From a virus: a stretch of 64,000 nt of DNA. This document shows positions 1 through 9,545 of this stretch, piece by piece. Each line of letters begins with the position of its first letter. Within the stretch, counting starts at the first letter, position 1. Both the position numbers and the translations under genes were made by a program. Below the pieces are notes generated by a model, which saw only the letters and a program-made list of their open reading frames with translations, made no database searches and had not been told where the DNA came from. The stretch is from positions 8,746 to 72,745 of the IMG/VR virus record IMGVR_UViG_3300035034_000461; one strand, given 5' to 3'.

Positions 1-49
1 ATGAAACCTGATAATTTATTCAAATGAAAGACAGAATATCATAAACACT

Positions 50-370
50 ATGAAAACATTTTTACAATTTTTGACCGAGGATCTGTCTCCTGAAACTGTG
101 GAAGCTCTTGGGGGTTATGAAAATTTTCCTCCAAATCAACCATCTCCAAATGAGGAGGAGTATTATGATAATATCGAATTTCTGGACTTTAAGCATTACA
201 TGTCAGAGCAGATTGCTACCGTATCAGAATACATTGCCTCTCAGGGCATCACAGAGCAAGATCATATCAAACAAGCACTTAATGACGCATTTATGAAACC
301 CGAGATTCAGAGGGCATTCCGGCTTCATTATGCAACCCAATTCCCCGATAAAGTTAATGAAAAACGATAA
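50..370 (+). CDS. hypothetical protein with capsid-targeting-like N-terminus
   Basis: ORF starts MKTFLQFLTE, resembling the T4 internal-protein leader MKTYQEFIAE. Confidence 0.6.
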   Translation: MKTFLQFLTEDLSPETVEALGGYENFPPNQPSPNEEEYYDNIEFLDFKHYMSEQIATVSEYIASQGITEQDHIKQALNDAFMKPEIQRAFRLHYATQFPDKVNEKR

Positions 371-863
371 TAGACCGTTTGGAGAACTTCCCGAGAGTGA
401 CTTGTCATATGAGGAAAAGGGTGCTATAATGACTTTGTTAGAAATCCCGAAAATGTCACAAACCAATCAAGATAAATTTTCCCAATGTCGGAAGATGTCG
501 GAGATTATTTTAGAACTGACTAATAGGGGGATAATCACAACTAAAAATAATGAAATGACTATTAAGTTACCAGAAGAGAAAGATAAAGATTTTTGGGAAG
601 TGGAAACCTACGACGATAATGATAATCCAATTTATACATCAAAATCTACATATGAATTGGAGGAAGATGGAAGTGGTGCTTATCAGTGGAGGATTCATCC
701 CAAACTTGTTGATATGAAAATCATTTGGGTTAATGAGAGTGATAAAGATATCAATTTTGGAAATGAAGAGTGCTTTGATTCCATGGAAGATGCTGAAGAG
801 TATTTCCGAGGATTAAATGCAGAAATGCTTGAGCAAATTCAAAAGGAATTATATTATGAGTGA
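357..863 (+). CDS. hypothetical acidic protein
   Basis: ORF track 330..863; ATG at 357 overlapping the upstream gene end is the more plausible start. Confidence 0.6.
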   Translation: MKNDNRPFGELPESDLSYEEKGAIMTLLEIPKMSQTNQDKFSQCRKMSEIILELTNRGIITTKNNEMTIKLPEEKDKDFWEVETYDDNDNPIYTSKSTYELEEDGSGAYQWRIHPKLVDMKIIWVNESDKDINFGNEECFDSMEDAEEYFRGLNAEMLEQIQKELYYE

Positions 864-1222
864 GCAGTGGGAAGGCGGCAAGGGGGACAAAAATCGGGTC
901 GCGGATCATAAAGCGTTCTGCGATAATTATGACTTGATTTTTAAAAAAGATATATTACCATATGCGACGGAGATCTTGAATATTGATCCAAATCTGAAAA
1001 ATATAGAAATATTAAAAGAAAAAGAAAAAGAAAATGACAATTAATCAAATTATAGAATTTGTGGAGTTTGATCAAAGTGTAGAAGGACTTCGAGAAACCT
1101 TGGAAGAATTTGCATCCGATTCGTATATCATGGGATATGATGATCGTAGGATTGAGGAAGAGGAAGAACGCGCCTATTATGCTGGATTTTCCGCATATGG
1201 TAAGAGGGAGGATTGGGAGTGA
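856..1222 (+). CDS. two small hypothetical proteins (856..1044, 1034..1222)
   Basis: tightly packed co-oriented ORFs. Confidence 0.5.
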
Positions 1223-1323
1223 TGCGGAGAATCACCATTTTTCCCAAACTGGCTACCACAGGGTCAATGCTATTGTTGTGAATGCGCTTGTGAATATTGG
1301 ATGGAGGAAGATGAAGAGGAGGA

Positions 1324-1887
1324 GTGATGGAAAAAGTTAAAAGATATTACGCTGGAATTGGATCGAGAAGCGTTCCGACTGTTATTACCAATCATATGAC
1401 CGACATTGCAGGTCAGTTGGAGAAGGTGGGGCTTACCTTAAGGTCTGGAAATGCGGCGGGGAGTGATCAGGCTTTTGCGAAGGGAGTGGAGAAAGCTCAA
1501 ATATGGCTACCCCACCATGAATTTAATTACGACGATAGGAACCCCAATCATGATTATAAATTGGTTGGATATGATGATGAGGAAGCTATCGAATCAGTAT
1601 CTAAGTTTCACCCTAAACCTTCGGCATTGGGAGACTTTGGATTATCGGCGATGGCACGAAATTTCAGACAATTGATGGGATTAAATGAACCCGATTCGGA
1701 ATTCGTTATATGTTGGACACCGGATGGTAAAGATTCGGGTGGGACGGGTCAAGCGATTCGTATTGCCAATCATTATGATATCCCCGTGTTCAATTTATAC
1801 AATACTGATGCAGAAGAGATCATGAATCAGATTTGTTTCATGGAAAGAATACGAGAAGGGGGAAATCCTTGGAGTAGTAAAAACTAG
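1324..1887 (+). CDS. SLOG/DprA-like nucleotide-binding protein
   Basis: YAGIGSR, LRSGNAAGSDQAF, ICWT and GGTGQAIRIA motifs of SLOG-fold phage proteins. Confidence 0.75.
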   Translation: MMEKVKRYYAGIGSRSVPTVITNHMTDIAGQLEKVGLTLRSGNAAGSDQAFAKGVEKAQIWLPHHEFNYDDRNPNHDYKLVGYDDEEAIESVSKFHPKPSALGDFGLSAMARNFRQLMGLNEPDSEFVICWTPDGKDSGGTGQAIRIANHYDIPVFNLYNTDAEEIMNQICFMERIREGGNPWSSKN

Positions 1888-1901
1888 GATACAATAAAAA
1901 C

Positions 1902-2585
1902 ATGAATTACGAAATTTTAAAAAATAGAGAGAAGTTCCAAGAATTTCTTGAGTGGCTACCGGACTGTAAAGAGAACGAGCAATTTTATATTGCACTTTTC
2001 TCCAGAAAAAAATATTGTCCCGAAGTCCCTTGGATCAAAAGTGATAAAGCGCAGCTTAAGCGAGGAACTTCAACCAAAGAGAGATTGGAGCAAAAGATCA
2101 TGCAAATGGAATGTGCTTTTGGATCTTATAAGCATGGGGAAAATCCTGTTCCCCAAGAATCCTTGGCATTATACATCTCAACCAATCCAAGGGATCTATG
2201 GAAGGCTACAATACGCTCCATAGGAGCTTTGGCTAAGGTGGTGGAGTGCTATGGTCATAATTCCAACCCTCATCAGGAAGTGATGTCTGAGATTCAAAGA
2301 ACGGCTGGAACTAGAAAATACATCACATTTGATATTGATGAGAAAAATGATAAGCTTCTGGAAGAAGTGATTGGTATCGTGGATGGTAAGTGTGACGTTC
2401 TGGAAACCCGTGGAGGTTATCATGTATTTGTTCACAAGGCACTTGTAGATGATATCACGGATAAGAAGTGGTATAAGAGGATTACTGATATGCCAGCATG
2501 TGATCAAGCGGGAGATACTATGTCCCCCATTGCGGGGTGTTTACAGGGAATGTTTGTCCCCCACTTTATATATAGAATCAAATAA
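1902..2585 (+). CDS. conserved phage protein, possibly AEP/prim-pol-like
   Basis: FDID followed by ETRGGYH resembles AEP motifs I and II. Confidence 0.45.
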   Translation: MNYEILKNREKFQEFLEWLPDCKENEQFYIALFSRKKYCPEVPWIKSDKAQLKRGTSTKERLEQKIMQMECAFGSYKHGENPVPQESLALYISTNPRDLWKATIRSIGALAKVVECYGHNSNPHQEVMSEIQRTAGTRKYITFDIDEKNDKLLEEVIGIVDGKCDVLETRGGYHVFVHKALVDDITDKKWYKRITDMPACDQAGDTMSPIAGCLQGMFVPHFIYRIK

Positions 2586-2586
2586 T

Positions 2587-2835
2587 ATGACAGGATTAAC
2601 TTGGAAAGACGAACAATTTTGGAAAAATGTTGTAGATGCAACATTAAGATCGGACGTGGAAAATTGGATTAATGTTATTCATTCTGGTAACGCCATTGAG
2701 TTTGAGTGGATGGAAGATGTGCAGGTTCTACCTATTGTATGTTATATGGACGCCAGAACCCCCTGTCAAATTAGCATGTCAGAGCCTCCTCCGTGGTTGA
2801 TGTTGCGAATGATACTAGCATTTGATAAAAACTAG
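2587..2835 (+). CDS. hypothetical protein
   Basis: ATG at 2587 right after the upstream stop; ends in the KN-TAG of the promoter element. Confidence 0.55.
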   Translation: MTGLTWKDEQFWKNVVDATLRSDVENWINVIHSGNAIEFEWMEDVQVLPIVCYMDARTPCQISMSEPPPWLMLRMILAFDKN

Positions 2836-2849
2836 GATACAATCGAATT

Positions 2850-3248
2850 ATGGAAACAAGTAAAAATGAGCTTAGGATGTATTTCTTCGTAATGGGCAAT
2901 ATTAGTGGCCGACAACAGGGCATACAAGCGGGACATGCCGCATTGGAATATTCCATTTATCATGGGAACTCGGATGAATATAAAGATTTTGTGAATAATC
3001 ATAAAACTTTCATTCTATTGGATGGTGGGGGATCTGAGGCTATGATTAAAAGGATTGAGGAAATACACAACTTCAAAATTCCATGTGCATTGTTCACTGA
3101 GCCAGACCTCGGTAACTCCGTAAGTGCTATCGCGTTTATATTACCCGATACTGTTTATAATTACGATACCTCACCACCTGATTATGAATCTTCTGAGGAA
3201 TTCAATATCAATGCATGGATTAAGGGTTTTAAATTAGCTAGTAATTAA
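2850..3248 (+). CDS. peptidyl-tRNA hydrolase (PTH2-like)
   Basis: QAGHAALE and FTEPDLGNSVSAIA match PTH2-family motifs. Confidence 0.7.
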   Translation: METSKNELRMYFFVMGNISGRQQGIQAGHAALEYSIYHGNSDEYKDFVNNHKTFILLDGGGSEAMIKRIEEIHNFKIPCALFTEPDLGNSVSAIAFILPDTVYNYDTSPPDYESSEEFNINAWIKGFKLASN

Positions 3249-3251
3249 TAT

Positions 3252-3671
3252 ATGAAATTTGAAAACTCGGAAAGAACGGTTATCATAACTAGGGGGACAA
3301 GTGGTGCGGGTAAAACCACTTTTTGTGATATTATCGCAGAACCTAAAATTATATGTTGTGCGGATGATCATTTTTATAAGGATGGTGTTTATACATTCGT
3401 TCTTGAGGAACTTGGACATGCTCATAAGAAATGTCAAAATAAATTCAATGAAGCTCTTGATGATAACAGATTAAAAAATATCATTGTGGCCAATACAAAT
3501 GTGTCCCCAAGAGACTTTGCATATTACGTCATGAGAGCGGAGCAAGAAAATATTAAGGTAACTTATGTTGTAATTGAGAAACGTCATGATAATATCAATT
3601 CCCACGCATGTCCTGAACACGTTTTGGAACTCCAAGAACGAAATCTTAGAAGTAGCCTGAAACTTAGATAA
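3252..3671 (+). CDS. P-loop kinase (AAA_33 / polynucleotide kinase-like)
   Basis: Walker A GTSGAGKT, ADDHF, NTN. Confidence 0.8.
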   Translation: MKFENSERTVIITRGTSGAGKTTFCDIIAEPKIICCADDHFYKDGVYTFVLEELGHAHKKCQNKFNEALDDNRLKNIIVANTNVSPRDFAYYVMRAEQENIKVTYVVIEKRHDNINSHACPEHVLELQERNLRSSLKLR

Positions 3672-3673
3672 TT

Positions 3674-4126
3674 ATGAAAGAATTTTTAATAGAATATGAA
3701 AATGAAATTTGTTCGGAGTTTGGAAACGAATCGTGGTTTAGGGAAAGGGAAGAAAGGAGCTTTGAAAAGGCTAGGAAAATTCCCGAATCGGAATATAACG
3801 GTCCGGTATTTGATGACGATACTTTTTATTACTCAGTTGAGGAGTTCTATGATATGTGGGTGTGTGATGGGAATGATGAAGATGAAGACATGGAACTTCC
3901 CAAGTTTCTAACATCATCAGAAGAAAGACGAACCATACGTCCAGAAGATCTTGATCATGCCATTGAAAATATTATGGAAAATGTCGAATTAGATGAATTG
4001 CCTGAGTATCACATTCCTCAATATCTAAGGGATGCGTGGGATAAGTTCTGCGAGGAAGAGAGTAGCACATATTATATGAGGGATGACGATGAGGTTGTTA
4101 TTTTGGAGGGTTTGAAAAATGAGTAA
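3674..4126 (+). CDS. hypothetical acidic protein
   Basis: 150-aa ORF in an operon. Confidence 0.6.
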   Translation: MKEFLIEYENEICSEFGNESWFREREERSFEKARKIPESEYNGPVFDDDTFYYSVEEFYDMWVCDGNDEDEDMELPKFLTSSEERRTIRPEDLDHAIENIMENVELDELPEYHIPQYLRDAWDKFCEEESSTYYMRDDDEVVILEGLKNE

Positions 4127-4766
4127 ACTGATAGCCGTAGGTGACATTCATGGAGAACTATATCAATTGCAGAAAGTTTTCAACAAGCTTTCAATTGACA
4201 AAGGGGATAAGATTATTTTCCTTGGGGATTACATTGATCGTGGGAATCATAGTAAGCAGGTGATTGATTTTATCATAGATCTTAAAAATAGACATGATGT
4301 GATATGCCTTCAGGGTAATCATGAGATGATGGCTATGGATGTGAACGATGGAAAAGGGGGTTGGCAAATGTTCTCATCTTGGATGATGAATGGTGGTCGG
4401 ACATGCCTAGATTCATATGGACAACATCTCAACCAGTTGGATGTGATGTTTGATATTCATGGGGAATTTTTCAATTCTTTGAAACTCTACCACGAAGAGG
4501 AAAATTATATTTTTGTCCATGGTTATCTTGATTCTGATGAGGATTTAGATAAGCAGAGTGGGTGGTCAGTCCTCTGGAATAGGTTTGAGGATATCCACCC
4601 TCATAAATCGGGTAAGACTGTTGTGTGTGGTCATACAGTCCAAAAGGGAGGTATCACTGATATGGGTTATAAAATATGTATTGATACGGGATCTTGTTTT
4701 CCGAGTGGTTATTTGACTGCCATGATAATTGATGGCGTTAAGGTGAGCTACGTGGATAGTCGATAA
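4119..4766 (+). CDS. metallophosphoesterase (lambda NinI-like Ser/Thr phosphatase)
   Basis: GDIHG, GDYIDRG, GNHE, GHT, IDTG motifs. Confidence 0.9.
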   Translation: MSKLIAVGDIHGELYQLQKVFNKLSIDKGDKIIFLGDYIDRGNHSKQVIDFIIDLKNRHDVICLQGNHEMMAMDVNDGKGGWQMFSSWMMNGGRTCLDSYGQHLNQLDVMFDIHGEFFNSLKLYHEEENYIFVHGYLDSDEDLDKQSGWSVLWNRFEDIHPHKSGKTVVCGHTVQKGGITDMGYKICIDTGSCFPSGYLTAMIIDGVKVSYVDSR

Positions 4767-4787
4767 AAACTAGGATACAATTTGGGG

Positions 4788-5018
4788 ATGAAACGAGAAA
4801 AAGTGAAGCAATCTATGACCATTCAAAAATTTAAACCCTCAACAAAGTTCACCACCTATAGAAATGGTGGCGTCGCTGAAATTATATACGTGGATAGAAA
4901 GAACACCCTTTATTGCGTTTTGTCCCTTGACAATGAGGGTAATATGATTCATCATCTTGCCAACGGAAGGGTAAATCTTAGCGAAGGGGCAGATTCCCCA
5001 CGCGATCTCATTTTATAA
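4788..5018 (+). CDS. hypothetical protein
   Basis: ATG 6 nt after TACAAT of the promoter element. Confidence 0.55.
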   Translation: MKREKVKQSMTIQKFKPSTKFTTYRNGGVAEIIYVDRKNTLYCVLSLDNEGNMIHHLANGRVNLSEGADSPRDLIL

Positions 5019-5029
5019 AAATAAACAAT

Positions 5030-6109
5030 ATGAAATTACCAGATCCAGAACAATTTAAACTTAAAGATTGCACCATTGGCGGTGATGATTGCTGGCTTAT
5101 CACGCCTAACAATATCACGGCAAAGTGGGATGAGTATAACCTATGGTTCCGATCTATCATCATTCGTAAGAGTGATAGTTACGTGGTGAACTGTTCGTTT
5201 GGAAAATTTTTCAACTTCGCAGAGAAGCCTGATTTATCACCATTTCCACTAGATCAACCATTTGAGATTTTGGAGAAACATGACGGATCTACATTAGTTG
5301 TCGGTTCTCATAATGGAGAACTCATTCACCGGACTCGGGGTAATACTAATGCTGAACAATTAGATAATGGGCATGAAATTGAATTCTTGAAAAATAAATA
5401 TCCCAAGGTATTCAACGCCGTATATGATCATCATGATTACACATTTTTATATGAATGGGAAACTCCCAACAATGTGATAGTCATAAGGCGGGTATCTGAA
5501 CCCACTCTTACATTAATTGGGTGCGTCGATAATCGAAACCTTAGATATATAAGTCAGGAGGACTTGGACGCAATGGGTGAGATACTTGGCGTTGATCGAC
5601 CTAAGAGATTTGAATTTAATTCTATATCATCTTGTATTGAGGAGGTTGGAGAGTGGAAGGATAGCGAGGGCATCGTCATCTATTCAAAGGATGGACAATC
5701 ACTTCGTAAGATTAAAGCTTCCCTATATCTAAAATTACATTCTCTCCTATCAGGACTTAAAAATGTCAATAACGTATTGGATGTGTTTATGGAATCTCCG
5801 AAGTTCACCACATCAGAGGATTTTTACGACTATTTGAACATCACCATGGATTTTGAAATTGCGGAAAGATGTAAAGATTTCATCGAAGAAATTATTCCAG
5901 CGTATAATGAAGCTCTGATTAAAATTGGAAGAGTTGAGGATTTTTTGAAGACCATCAAAACAGGATTCTCTCGTAAGGAACAAGCTATTGAAATTCAGAA
6001 ACATTGGAGCGATTGGCGCGTATCCTTCAGTTTCCAAATTCTTGACAATAAGGAACTGGACGATAAGATCTTGCGTAGGGCAATTGAAGCAGAACTTATT
6101 AAAAAGTAG
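5030..6109 (+). CDS. RNA ligase 1 (T4 Rnl1-like)
   Basis: KFFN, motif I EKHDGS, YEW, EGIV and KIK ligase motifs. Confidence 0.85.
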   Translation: MKLPDPEQFKLKDCTIGGDDCWLITPNNITAKWDEYNLWFRSIIIRKSDSYVVNCSFGKFFNFAEKPDLSPFPLDQPFEILEKHDGSTLVVGSHNGELIHRTRGNTNAEQLDNGHEIEFLKNKYPKVFNAVYDHHDYTFLYEWETPNNVIVIRRVSEPTLTLIGCVDNRNLRYISQEDLDAMGEILGVDRPKRFEFNSISSCIEEVGEWKDSEGIVIYSKDGQSLRKIKASLYLKLHSLLSGLKNVNNVLDVFMESPKFTTSEDFYDYLNITMDFEIAERCKDFIEEIIPAYNEALIKIGRVEDFLKTIKTGFSRKEQAIEIQKHWSDWRVSFSFQILDNKELDDKILRRAIEAELIKK

Positions 6110-6121
6110 AATACAATAATC

Positions 6122-6361
6122 ATGAAGAAAATAACATTACTAACTAGCAAAATCTGTGGTCCGAGTGTCATGCTTAGAAATAAACTTGAGGATGCTGATA
6201 TAAAAATTGAGGCATTGGAAATTCTTGATAATATTGTCATTGCTAAGAAATATGGTATTAGATCTGTGCCACGTTTAATTGTGGAAGAAGAGTCTGGAGA
6301 ATTTGAAGTAATTCAAGGGACGGATTATATAGTGCAAGCAATCAAAGATAACCAATTATGA
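6122..6361 (+). CDS. thioredoxin/glutaredoxin-like protein (CGPS)
   Basis: CGPS active-site variant and YGIRSVP cis-Pro loop. Confidence 0.7.
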   Translation: MKKITLLTSKICGPSVMLRNKLEDADIKIEALEILDNIVIAKKYGIRSVPRLIVEEESGEFEVIQGTDYIVQAIKDNQL

Positions 6362-6475
6362 AAATTACCAAAGAATACATATTAAAAATTTATAAAAGTT
6401 GGAATGATCGTGAACTTATTCTATGTAACTTAGAACGTGATCGCCTTGAAAAACATGAATGAAACGAAAGACATT

Positions 6476-6661
6476 ATGAAGCCAAAAACTCCAGAGACTA
6501 CCCGCCGTGGGAGGTTATCTACTGCGTGTTGTTCTCCTTTTTTGGATGGGGTGCAACTAATGAAGGGCGATTGCCTAGAACGAATGAAGGAGATACCAGA
6601 CGGGTCAGTAGATATGATCCTGACTGATCCACCGACATTTACCATTGACAACCGTATATAG
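6476..6661 (+). pseudogene. N-terminal fragment 1 of DNA methyltransferase, broken after DPP
   Basis: MKGDCLERMKEIPDGSVDMILTDPP, then homology stops at 6634. Confidence 0.8.
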
Positions 6662-6673
6662 CTGGGGTATATT
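6645..6673 (+). promoter_or_regulatory. sigma70-type promoter of the HNH gene (leaderless)
   Basis: TTGACA-N17-TATATT, ATG 6 nt downstream at 6680. Confidence 0.75.
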
Positions 6674-6679
6674 TCCTAT

Positions 6680-7306
6680 ATGAAAAATACAGAACAAAAT
6701 ATTATTGAAGGATATAGGCGCGGAGAAACAAGTCTGCGTGACGTAGCCCTCCTGTGCTGTACGGATCACCATAGAGTTAAACGAGTGTTAGAGGCTAATG
6801 GTATTGAGGTCATAAAGGCTAAGTGCAAGCCTTTCACTAAAGAGCATCGCAGGAAAATAGGCATGAAATCAAAAGGTAGACAATCAAATCTAGGCAAAAA
6901 AATGCCTAAAAGCTCTCTATATAAGAACATGGCCGCACACATCCGGTTCGACGTAACAAGCAAATGGCTATCAGGCTTTAGTGATGTAGAGAAGTTAAAG
7001 TTCCTGAACTCCGCAATAACAAGGCGCGGTGGAAGGTTTGACCTAACAACTAATGACTACGTTGGATATATTGAAAAATTCTATGACGACCGCCAATTTA
7101 ACGATATTTATTTTGCGTGGATCACCTCTCAAAAGAATAAGTGGATCAGGCCGACGATAGACCATATCAATCCAAGAGCGAACGGGGGAGAAAACGATTT
7201 AGACAACCTGCAATTCTTAACATGGTTCGAGAATAGAGCAAAGTGCGATATGACACAGGCAGAATGGGATAACGTAAAATTAAACATGAAGGATTATCTA
7301 ATATGA
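6680..7306 (+). CDS. HNH homing endonuclease with NUMOD3-like segment
   Basis: TIDHINPRANGGENDLDNLQFLTWFENRAK; FTKEHRRKIG. Confidence 0.85.
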   Translation: MKNTEQNIIEGYRRGETSLRDVALLCCTDHHRVKRVLEANGIEVIKAKCKPFTKEHRRKIGMKSKGRQSNLGKKMPKSSLYKNMAAHIRFDVTSKWLSGFSDVEKLKFLNSAITRRGGRFDLTTNDYVGYIEKFYDDRQFNDIYFAWITSQKNKWIRPTIDHINPRANGGENDLDNLQFLTWFENRAKCDMTQAEWDNVKLNMKDYLI

Positions 7307-7428
7307 CAACCAATGGAGACTTGGGTTTGTCAGCATCTGATTTTCGTCTGTGGCAGGGTGACTGTCTGGAAGAAATGAAACGTATCCCCGATAACTCGGT
7401 GGATATGGTGCTGACAGACCCTCCTTAA
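7303..7428 (+). pseudogene. N-terminal fragment 2 of DNA methyltransferase, ending DPP-stop
   Basis: MTTNGDLG...QGDCLEEMKRIPDNSVDMVLTDPP-TAA; ATG overlaps the HNH stop (ATGA). Confidence 0.8.
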
Positions 7429-7431
7429 CTT

Positions 7432-8091
7432 TACGGAACGACCGCTTGCAAATGGGATTCGATTATTGACTTACCACTAATGTGGGAGCAGCTGAAGCGG
7501 ATCATCAAGCCTAATGGGGCTATTGTGATGACTGCAAGCCAACCGTTCACCTCCGCACTTGTAATGAGCAACCCAAAGTGGTTCAAGCATGAATGGATAT
7601 GGCATAAATCAAAATCAGGTAGCGCATTCACTGCTAAATTCCGCCCTATGGCGAAACACGAAAGTATTCTCGTCTTTGGGAAAGGTCGAGTAGCCTACAC
7701 TCCCCAAATGACGGCAGGAGAACCTTACTCTCGGACACGGAAACCCCCTCCGATCAATAACCATAAGCTAGGGCTTGGGTGTAAAGGTGAATCTACAACG
7801 GTAAATACAGGGACTCGCTACCCCGAAAGCGTCCAGTTCTTTCAGCAAAAATGGAGGAGGCAAGACCAAGTGCACCCAACACAAAAGCCCGTTGCACTCA
7901 TGGAATACCTCATAAAAACCTATACCAATGAAGGCGAAACAGTCCTTGATTTTACAATGGGAAGTGGGACGACTGGCGTTGCTTGTGTGAACCTAAACCG
8001 TGGCTTCATTGGTATTGAATTAGATGAAAAATATTTCCAGATAGCCTCTGAACGAATCCATGGTGGGATCACAGCAGAAGATTGTTTCTAA
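7432..8091 (+). CDS. C-terminal part of N4/N6 DNA methyltransferase (beta class)
   Basis: resumes YGTTACKWD in frame after TAA CTT; HPTQKP, VLDFTMGSGTTG, GIELD. Confidence 0.85.
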   Translation, partial: YGTTACKWDSIIDLPLMWEQLKRIIKPNGAIVMTASQPFTSALVMSNPKWFKHEWIWHKSKSGSAFTAKFRPMAKHESILVFGKGRVAYTPQMTAGEPYSRTRKPPPINNHKLGLGCKGESTTVNTGTRYPESVQFFQQKWRRQDQVHPTQKPVALMEYLIKTYTNEGETVLDFTMGSGTTGVACVNLNRGFIGIELDEKYFQIASERIHGGITAEDCF

Positions 8092-8123
8092 TAAAACCCA
8101 TTGACAGATAACAAAATAACCAG

Positions 8124-8131
8124 TATAAATA
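8124..8131 (+). promoter_or_regulatory. T4 late-type promoter TATAAATA
   Basis: exact TATAAATA, 5 nt before ATG 8137; TTGACA also at 8101. Confidence 0.6.
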
Positions 8132-8136
8132 ACAAC

Positions 8137-8424
8137 ATGCCAAAAGAAACAATGACACCAACAGGATCTAATCTTAAATTTGCTAAAGAAATGAAGGGGA
8201 TATTCGGAGAATATAAGACAACATGGTTGTGCCCTATCATGTTGAGTATCAACAAGGTTTGCCTAGATGTGTGTGAACTTGATAAATACTTACAAAACAG
8301 GTTCAAATATGATGAGGGGACAGATATTTCGATGCGAGATTATGTCACAGAAAAATATGGGGAACAAGCGATGGGAACAATTCAAAGGTGGGTAAAAGGG
8401 GAGCAAGCTTTCCAAAAGAAATAA
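8137..8424 (+). CDS. hypothetical protein
   Basis: ORF after the promoter. Confidence 0.6.
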   Translation: MPKETMTPTGSNLKFAKEMKGIFGEYKTTWLCPIMLSINKVCLDVCELDKYLQNRFKYDEGTDISMRDYVTEKYGEQAMGTIQRWVKGEQAFQKK

Positions 8425-8517
8425 ATGAAGAAAAATCTCTTTATTGTGTTGACGAATAGATAGGATGTGGTAATCTTTAATTATCGAAAGGGAGGAAACG
8501 CCGAACGATAAACAACC

Positions 8518-8835
8518 ATGAAAACAATCGCCCAACAACTAAACATCACGGACTTCCCATTCATCATCAAGCATAATAACGGGAAACAAACTTACTACGA
8601 AGATTCGACAGGATATTGGGGCAAACGAGAATATGATTCAAACAGTAACCAAACTTACTTCGAAAATTCGACGGGGTATTGGAGCAAACTTGAATACGAT
8701 TCGAACGGAAACAAAACTTACTACGAAAATTCAGAAGATGACATCATCGACGACAGACCAAAGACAACTTTCACCATGAAGGAAATCGCAGAAAAGCTTG
8801 GTGTTGCTGTAGAAACACTCCAAATCAAAGACTGA
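8518..8835 (+). CDS. MKTIAQQL-family variable repeat protein
   Basis: N-cap, 21-aa repeats, HTH-like C-cap. Confidence 0.9.
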   Translation: MKTIAQQLNITDFPFIIKHNNGKQTYYEDSTGYWGKREYDSNSNQTYFENSTGYWSKLEYDSNGNKTYYENSEDDIIDDRPKTTFTMKEIAEKLGVAVETLQIKD

Positions 8836-8838
8836 AAT

Positions 8839-9156
8839 ATGAAAACAATTGCACAACAACTCAACATTAAGGATTTTCCGTTTACTATCAGAGATAAGAA
8901 AGGCCGCCAGATTTACTACGAAGCTTCGTATGGATACTGGATTAAATATGAATACGATTCGAACGACAATCTAATTCACTGCGAATATTCCGACGGACAT
9001 TGGGCAGAATACGAATACGATTCAAACGGCAATCAGACTTTCTCCGAAGATTCAAAAGGACACATCATCGATAATAGACCAAAGAATACTTTCACCATCA
9101 AGGAACTCGCCGAGAAGCTTGGAGTTCCTGTAGAAACCCTTCGTATCAAAGACTGA
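8839..9156 (+). CDS. MKTIAQQL-family variable repeat protein
   Basis: paralog architecture. Confidence 0.9.
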   Translation: MKTIAQQLNIKDFPFTIRDKKGRQIYYEASYGYWIKYEYDSNDNLIHCEYSDGHWAEYEYDSNGNQTFSEDSKGHIIDNRPKNTFTIKELAEKLGVPVETLRIKD

Positions 9157-9160
9157 TATT

Positions 9161-9541
9161 ATGAAAACAATCGCACAGCAACTCAACGTCAAGGATTTTC
9201 CGTTTATCATCAAGGATAAGAACGGCAATCCGACTTACTTCGAATATTCCGTCGGAAATTGGTCAAAATACGAATACGATTCAAACGGCAATCAAATCTA
9301 CTTCGAAAATTCAGACGGATTCTGGATCAAACGGAAATACGATTCAAACGGCAATCAGACTTACTTCAAATATTCAGACGGATATTGGTCCAAATTCGAA
9401 TATGATTCAAACGGCAAAGAAATCTACTGCGAAGATTCATATGGATATATCATCGATAACAGACCAAAGACTACTTTCACCATGAAGGAACTCGCAGACA
9501 AGCTTGGAGTTGCTGTAGAAACCCTGCAAATCAAAGACTGA
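9161..9541 (+). CDS. MKTIAQQL-family variable repeat protein
   Basis: paralog with one extra 21-aa repeat. Confidence 0.9.
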   Translation: MKTIAQQLNVKDFPFIIKDKNGNPTYFEYSVGNWSKYEYDSNGNQIYFENSDGFWIKRKYDSNGNQTYFKYSDGYWSKFEYDSNGKEIYCEDSYGYIIDNRPKTTFTMKELADKLGVAVETLQIKD

Positions 9542-9545
9542 TATT

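Noticed and set aside
6431-6537. attC-like AGAAC...GTTCT element upstream of the methyltransferase
   Set aside because: Only the 5-bp ends pair; inner complementarity is too weak to support the call.
6635-7431. Group I intron or intein in the methyltransferase
   Set aside because: Flanks of the HNH ORF are too short and are explained by a promoter and a duplicated N-terminus; there is no U/G splice signature and the insert is out of frame.
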